Below, piece by piece: positions 59,658-64,000 of a DNA stretch of 64,000 nucleotides. Each line of letters opens with the position of its first letter. Position 1 is the first letter of the stretch. The notes under the pieces were generated by a model. It did not search any database, had not been told where the DNA came from, and worked only from the letters and a program-made list of their open reading frames with translations. Origin of the DNA: Candidatus Magasanikiibacteriota bacterium (GTDB taxonomy: Bacteria; Patescibacteriota; Patescibacteriia; Magasanikbacterales; GWA2-37-8); NCBI GenBank assembly GCA_041678665.1, contig JBAYNU010000004.1, positions 12,863 to 76,862 on the forward strand. The letters run 5' to 3'. The position numbers were made by a program, and so were the translations under genes.

Positions 59658-61706
59658 GTGGTCTTTCGTATTTTGCACATCATATATATGAATGTCTCCG
59701 AACTTGCACGTCAACTTCATGTTCATCCGCAAAAACTTCTGCAAATATTGCCCGAGTTTGGTTTTGACGTTGGTTTAAAAGCGGTTAAGATTGATGACCG
59801 GGTGGCGCAACAAATTCAAAAAGCTTGGCGACGAATTAAGTTTGTTTTGGAAGAGCGAGAGCGTACAGAGTTAGAAAAACAAAAAGAGCTAGAAAAAGCG
59901 GCCCGCAAGGAAAGTGGTGTTACTGTCGCTATTCCCACTAAACTCACTGTCAAAGAATTAGCCGAGCGTCTTAATGTGCCGGTAAATAAATTAATTGTGG
60001 AGTTGATGAAAAATGGAATACTGGCGGCTCAGAACGAAAATATTGACCACGATACCGCTATGATTGTGGCACAGGAGATGGGATATGTTGTTACCGAGGA
60101 GCAACGCGAAGTAAAAGATGAAAGTAGCGGTGAACATGTTCAACAATTGGAAAAAATTCTTGCCGAAGAAAACACCACTCCCAGGCCACCGGTAATTGTG
60201 GTGATGGGTCATGTGGATCATGGCAAAACCAAACTACTTGACGCGATTCGTGAAACTAACGTGGTGGCTACCGAGGCTGGTGGTATCACTCAGCACATCG
60301 GCGCTTACCAAGTTATTTGGACCGATCCTAAAACCAAACAAAAGAAGCCTTTAACTTTTATTGATACCCCCGGACACGAGGCCTTTACGGTGATGCGTAG
60401 TCGTGGTGCCAAGGTGGCGGATATTGCTATTTTGGTAGTGGCGGCCGATGATGGTGTAAAACCACAAACCATTGAAGTAATAAATATTATTAAAGCCGCT
60501 AAATTACCGGTAGTGGTGGCGATAAACAAAATTGACAAAACTGGAGCCGATCCGCAAAAGGCGCGCAATGATTTGTCGCTTCATGGCATTGTAGCGGACG
60601 ATTGGGGCGGGGAAGTTCCGGTAGTAGAGATTTCTGCCAAGCAAAAATTAAATATTGATAAATTACTAGATACTTTGATGCTTGTGGGCGATATGAATGA
60701 AGCGACCATCCGCGCTAATCCAAAAAGACCGGCCGCTGGCACAGTAATTGAGGCGCGAGTGAGCAAAGGTGAAGGGCCGATAGCCACAATTTTGGTGCAA
60801 GCCGGTACTTTACGAGTAAATGATCCCTTGGTTATTAATGGAGAAATTTATGGAAAGGTGCGCGCGATGAAAAATTATCGTGGTGAAAGTTTAACCGAAG
60901 CGCCACCATCCACCCCCGTTCGTATTTTGGGTTTTAAAATGGCTCCGCAGGTGGGTGACGTATTGGACGTAGGGCGGGCCGAGGGCGCGCAGAAGATTGA
61001 TTTAAAATCAAAGCAAACCCAACAGTCTGGCGCTGAACAGCATGTGATTGTTAAAACCGATAACCCCGATGATGAAAATAAGAAAGCATACAATATTATT
61101 GTGAAAGCCGATGTGCTTGGATCTTTGGAAGCGATTATTGGGTCGGTGGAAAAGTTAAAAAATGAAGAAGTGAGCGTAAAGATTGCCGGTAAGGGTTTGG
61201 GTAATATTACCGTCGACGATGTGGGTAAAGCGCAGGCTTCGGGAGCCGTAATTTATGGTTTTAATGTATTTGCTACACCAGTTGCCAACGAAATGATGCA
61301 AAAAAATAATATTTCTTTTCGTCAATTCAAAATTATCTACGACATGTTTGATGATATCAAAGCGGAATTGCAGAAACTTTTGAATCCGGAATTTATCGTT
61401 ACCGAGTTGGGCAATTTTAAAGTATTAAAAATTTTTCGCACCGATAAGGGCGCGCAGGTTTTGGGTGGTCGTGTGGAAATGGGCAAACTTATTGCCGGTT
61501 GCAAGGTGCGTATAAAGCGTGACGGTGAAATAATTGGCGTCGGCAAGCTTACCCGGCTTCAAACCAATAAGCAAAATATGAATGAAATTCCTTCCGGTAC
61601 CGAATGTGGTGTGCAATATGAAAGTAAGTTGCGAGTAGAAGAAGATGATGTTTTGGAAGCTTATACCGAGACGACCAAGACGAAGAAATTGGTGTTGGAG
61701 AAATAA
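59658..61706 (+). CDS. infB: Translation initiation factor IF-2 (short N-terminus; likely true start ATG at 59688)
   Basis: G-domain [27 protein letters not shown]; C-terminal beta-barrels. Confidence 0.92.
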   Translation: MVFRILHIIYMNVSELARQLHVHPQKLLQILPEFGFDVGLKAVKIDDRVAQQIQKAWRRIKFVLEERERTELEKQKELEKAARKESGVTVAIPTKLTVKELAERLNVPVNKLIVELMKNGILAAQNENIDHDTAMIVAQEMGYVVTEEQREVKDESSGEHVQQLEKILAEENTTPRPPVIVVMGHVDHGKTKLLDAIRETNVVATEAGGITQHIGAYQVIWTDPKTKQKKPLTFIDTPGHEAFTVMRSRGAKVADIAILVVAADDGVKPQTIEVINIIKAAKLPVVVAINKIDKTGADPQKARNDLSLHGIVADDWGGEVPVVEISAKQKLNIDKLLDTLMLVGDMNEATIRANPKRPAAGTVIEARVSKGEGPIATILVQAGTLRVNDPLVINGEIYGKVRAMKNYRGESLTEAPPSTPVRILGFKMAPQVGDVLDVGRAEGAQKIDLKSKQTQQSGAEQHVIVKTDNPDDENKKAYNIIVKADVLGSLEAIIGSVEKLKNEEVSVKIAGKGLGNITVDDVGKAQASGAVIYGFNVFATPVANEMMQKNNISFRQFKIIYDMFDDIKAELQKLLNPEFIVTELGNFKVLKIFRTDKGAQVLGGRVEMGKLIAGCKVRIKRDGEIIGVGKLTRLQTNKQNMNEIPSGTECGVQYESKLRVEEDDVLEAYTETTKTKKLVLEK

Positions 61707-61716
61707 CTTTTTAACT

Positions 61717-61801
61717 GTCATTCTGAGCCCCGACGTTAAGTCGGGACGAAGAATCCCTTAAAGATTGACGAGAGGGATCCTTTGCTTTATTAGGATGACA
61801 A
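61717..61801. repeat. Repeat family A copy A5 (85 bp) between infB and proS; its right TIR ...AGGATGACAA overlaps a candidate proS start
   Basis: GTCATTCTGAGCCCCGACGTTAAGTCGGGACGAAGAATCCC...GAGGGATCC..TTAGGATGACAA. Confidence 0.7.
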
Positions 61802-61809
61802 TTAAATAT

Positions 61810-63039
61810 ATGTATCAATCAAAATTATTCACTAAAACTTTGCGTGAAGCGCCCAAAGACGAGGTGTCTTTGAACGCCCAGCTTTTGATCCGTGCTGGAT
61901 TTATAGACAAACTCATGGCCGGGGTATATACTTTTTTGCCATTAGGGTTGCGTACTTTAAATAAAATACAAAATATTATTCGTGAAGAAATTAACGCTGT
62001 GGGTGGACAAGAAGTTTTGATGCCGGCGCTTAATCCCAAAGAAAATTGGGAGAAAACCGGACGCTGGAGCGGTTTGGATGTGCTTTTTAAATTGGAAGGT
62101 GCGGGTGACAAAGAATATGCTTTGGGTGCTAGTCACGAAGAGGTGGTTACACCGCTGGTGCAAAAATTTGCTGTTTCGCACAAAGATTTGCCGTGCGCGG
62201 TTTATCAGATTCAAAATAAATTTCGCAATGAACCGCGCGCCAAAGCCGGATTATTGCGCGGGCGAGAATTCAGCATGAAGGATTTATATTCTTTTCATAA
62301 AGATGAAAAAGATTTGGATGGATATTACGAAAAAGTAAAGGCGGCTTATTTTAAAATTTATGAACGTGTAGGCCTGGGAGCTATTACTCACTTGGTGTTT
62401 TCTTCGGGCGGTACTTTTTCCAAATATAGTCATGAGTTCCAAACTATTACTAAGTATGGTGAGGATACTGTATATATATGTGAGAAATGCGGAGTAGGAG
62501 TGAATAAAGAAATTATTGCCGAACAAATTATCTGTCCGGAGTGTGGCGGTAAAGATTTAAAAGAAGAAAAAGCGATTGAAGTAGGAAATATTTTTAAATT
62601 GATGACCAAATATTCAGCAGCTTTTGATTATAATTATATTGCCGAAGATGGCAGTAAAAAACCGGTGATGATGGGGTGCTACGGTATCGGACCGAGCCGT
62701 GTAATGGGTACAATTGCTGAGGTTTTACATGACGAAAATGGTATTATTTGGCCACAGTCAGTAGCGCCGTTTAACGTTCATTTGGTATCTTTTGGTAAAA
62801 ATGGCGACGAGGTTGCCAAAACTGCCGATAAGTTGTATAATGATCTCACTAAACGCGGTGTAGAGGTTTTGTATGATGATCGTGACATTGGTGCTGGTGC
62901 TAAATTTGCCGATGCGGATCTGATCGGAATACCCAAAAGAATTGTAGTGAGCAAAAAAACCTTGGAACAAAATTCAGTAGAAGTGAAGATGAGAAATGAA
63001 AAAGAAAACAAATTAGTAAATATTAATAAATTATTTTAA
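61810..63039 (+). CDS. proS: Prolyl-tRNA synthetase, short form without editing insertion, with an internal CxxC-x15-CxxC zinc ribbon (ORF-track start 61765 lies inside the repeat)
   Basis: N-terminus MYQSKLFTKTLREAPKDE aligns with bacterial ProS N-termini; class II motifs; about 410 aa. Confidence 0.85.
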   Translation: MYQSKLFTKTLREAPKDEVSLNAQLLIRAGFIDKLMAGVYTFLPLGLRTLNKIQNIIREEINAVGGQEVLMPALNPKENWEKTGRWSGLDVLFKLEGAGDKEYALGASHEEVVTPLVQKFAVSHKDLPCAVYQIQNKFRNEPRAKAGLLRGREFSMKDLYSFHKDEKDLDGYYEKVKAAYFKIYERVGLGAITHLVFSSGGTFSKYSHEFQTITKYGEDTVYICEKCGVGVNKEIIAEQIICPECGGKDLKEEKAIEVGNIFKLMTKYSAAFDYNYIAEDGSKKPVMMGCYGIGPSRVMGTIAEVLHDENGIIWPQSVAPFNVHLVSFGKNGDEVAKTADKLYNDLTKRGVEVLYDDRDIGAGAKFADADLIGIPKRIVVSKKTLEQNSVEVKMRNEKENKLVNINKLF

Positions 63040-63177
63040 TAATGTATGAACTCAGCCTTAAGAGCCCGCATGGAACATGCGAAGAAGAATACCAAGAAGG
63101 GAAAAAGTTTAACTGTTAAGAAGCGTAAGATGTGCAAACAGCGCACATAATTTTTTCGTTTAATTTTTTTAGATTTT

Positions 63178-63507
63178 ATGTCGGAATATACTTTCACCGA
63201 TGCCAATTTTAAACAGGAAGTTGTAGAATCTGCCACGCCAGTGTTTGTGGATTTTTGGGCGCCATGGTGTGGGCCGTGCCAGATGATGGGTCCGATTGTG
63301 GAGGAATTGGCTCACGAATATGAAGGAAAAAATATTAAAATTGGCAAATGTAACGTAGATGAAAATAGTGAAGTTGCTGGACAGTATAATGTTATGAGCA
63401 TCCCGGCCTTTAAGGTATTTAAAGCCGGACAGATTGTGGATGAAATTACCGGCGGGGTACAAAAAGAAAAATTAAAAGAAATGATTGATAAGTATTCTGT
63501 CAGCTAG
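63178..63507 (+). CDS. trxA: Thioredoxin
   Basis: WAPWCGPCQMMGP active site. Confidence 0.92.
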   Translation: MSEYTFTDANFKQEVVESATPVFVDFWAPWCGPCQMMGPIVEELAHEYEGKNIKIGKCNVDENSEVAGQYNVMSIPAFKVFKAGQIVDEITGGVQKEKLKEMIDKYSVS

Positions 63508-63522
63508 TGAGCAGATAAACTA

Positions 63523-63548
63523 AAATAAGAAAACGTCCGATAGTGGGC
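63523..63548 (+). terminator. Terminator AAAACGTCC-GATAGT-GGGCGTTTTTTG
   Basis: Same stem as the dnaE terminator at 39509. Confidence 0.65.
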
Positions 63549-63576
63549 GTTTTTTGTTTGACGCTTGCTTGGCATC
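63548..63576 (+). promoter_or_regulatory. Consensus-like sigma70 promoter TTGACG-17 nt-TATAAT
   Basis: Seen in the sequence; drives the partial ORF starting at 63614. Confidence 0.6.
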
Positions 63577-63613
63577 GGTATATAATATCTTTAGTTTATT
63601 TTAATGATAATTA

Positions 63614-64000
63614 TATGCAAAAAATTGGCAGGTTTTTTTTGTGGAGTGCGTCCGTATTAGTATTGGTCGCTTTTGGAGTATTAATTATCGGACTAGCTCA
63701 ATTTTTGGTGAATTCCAAAACACATTCTACTAGTGTGAGCAGTGTGGGCTTGGAATCAGATTATTCTTACGACCAAATTACTGGTATGGGTATGTCGGAT
63801 GGAGCGGTAGTCACTGCAGTGCGATCATTAGCCAAGACCGCTAATATGCAAATGGCGGCTTCGGAAATAGCGTCTCCGGTAAACGATACCATCGCATCGG
63901 CTAATACTACCGAGCGGATGATAGTTAAAACTGGTAATTTATCAATAGTAGTCAAAGATGTGCGCGCATCAATTAAGGCGGTTTCGGAATACGCGGTCGC
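63614..64000 (+). CDS. Hypothetical membrane-anchored protein, 3'-partial (runs off the window)
   Basis: ATG at 63614; N-terminal TM FFLWSASVLVLVAFGVLIIGLA; open to the window end. The opposite-strand 62-aa ORF 63767..63955 was rejected. Confidence 0.5.

Noticed and set aside
63767-63955. 62-aa minus-strand ORF
   Set aside because: It lies antisense within a plus-strand ORF that has a promoter, a start codon at 63614 and an N-terminal TM helix. It is a shadow.
1-64000. CRISPR array / cas genes, rRNA, transposase or integrase genes
   Set aside because: No regularly spaced identical direct repeats with unique spacers and no recognisable Cas, integrase or transposase ORFs were seen. The dispersed repeats are single copies, not arrays.

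Overview
This is a roughly 40% GC window that looks bacterial, densely packed with housekeeping genes on both strands. It carries thrS (5'-partial), miaB-miaA, rel, topA, dprA, pth, der, an LCP protein, recG, radA, clpC-like, a phosphohexomutase, htpX-lemA, rseP, pheST, dnaE, prs, tsaD, a PAP2-coiled-coil-transglycosylase fusion, an LtaS-like gene, terC, a nitrilase-family gene, an asparaginase-family gene, mtnA/mtnB-like genes, hup, rny, infB, a short proS, trxA and four tRNAs. The short ProS, IF2 and Rel, the absence of biosynthetic genes and the many cell-envelope genes suggest a reduced-genome organism, possibly CPR/Patescibacteria-like; that is inference. Two things stand out. First, at least four families of short dispersed repeats occur, some as imperfect palindromes. 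A GTCATTCTGAGC...GCTCAGGATGAC element and several A/T-rich or AGCT-rich elements sit in intergenic DNA and also in frame inside essential genes (miaB, radA, dnaE, recG, tsaD, pth). One copy supplies the dnaE stop codon. Second, a small accessory island lies next to tRNA-Glu. It holds a SIR2-like (DHS-like NAD-binding, PF13289-type motifs) gene co-transcribed with an uncharacterised 300-aa partner, followed by a GC-rich structured UTR or sRNA and an HTH-Doc toxin-antitoxin pair with a textbook sigma70 promoter. A GC-atypical HAD hydrolase gene sits on the other side of the tRNA. An extracellular disulfide-rich M15 peptidase/DsbA/beta-propeller cluster is also notable. No CRISPR array, rRNA or transposase was seen.
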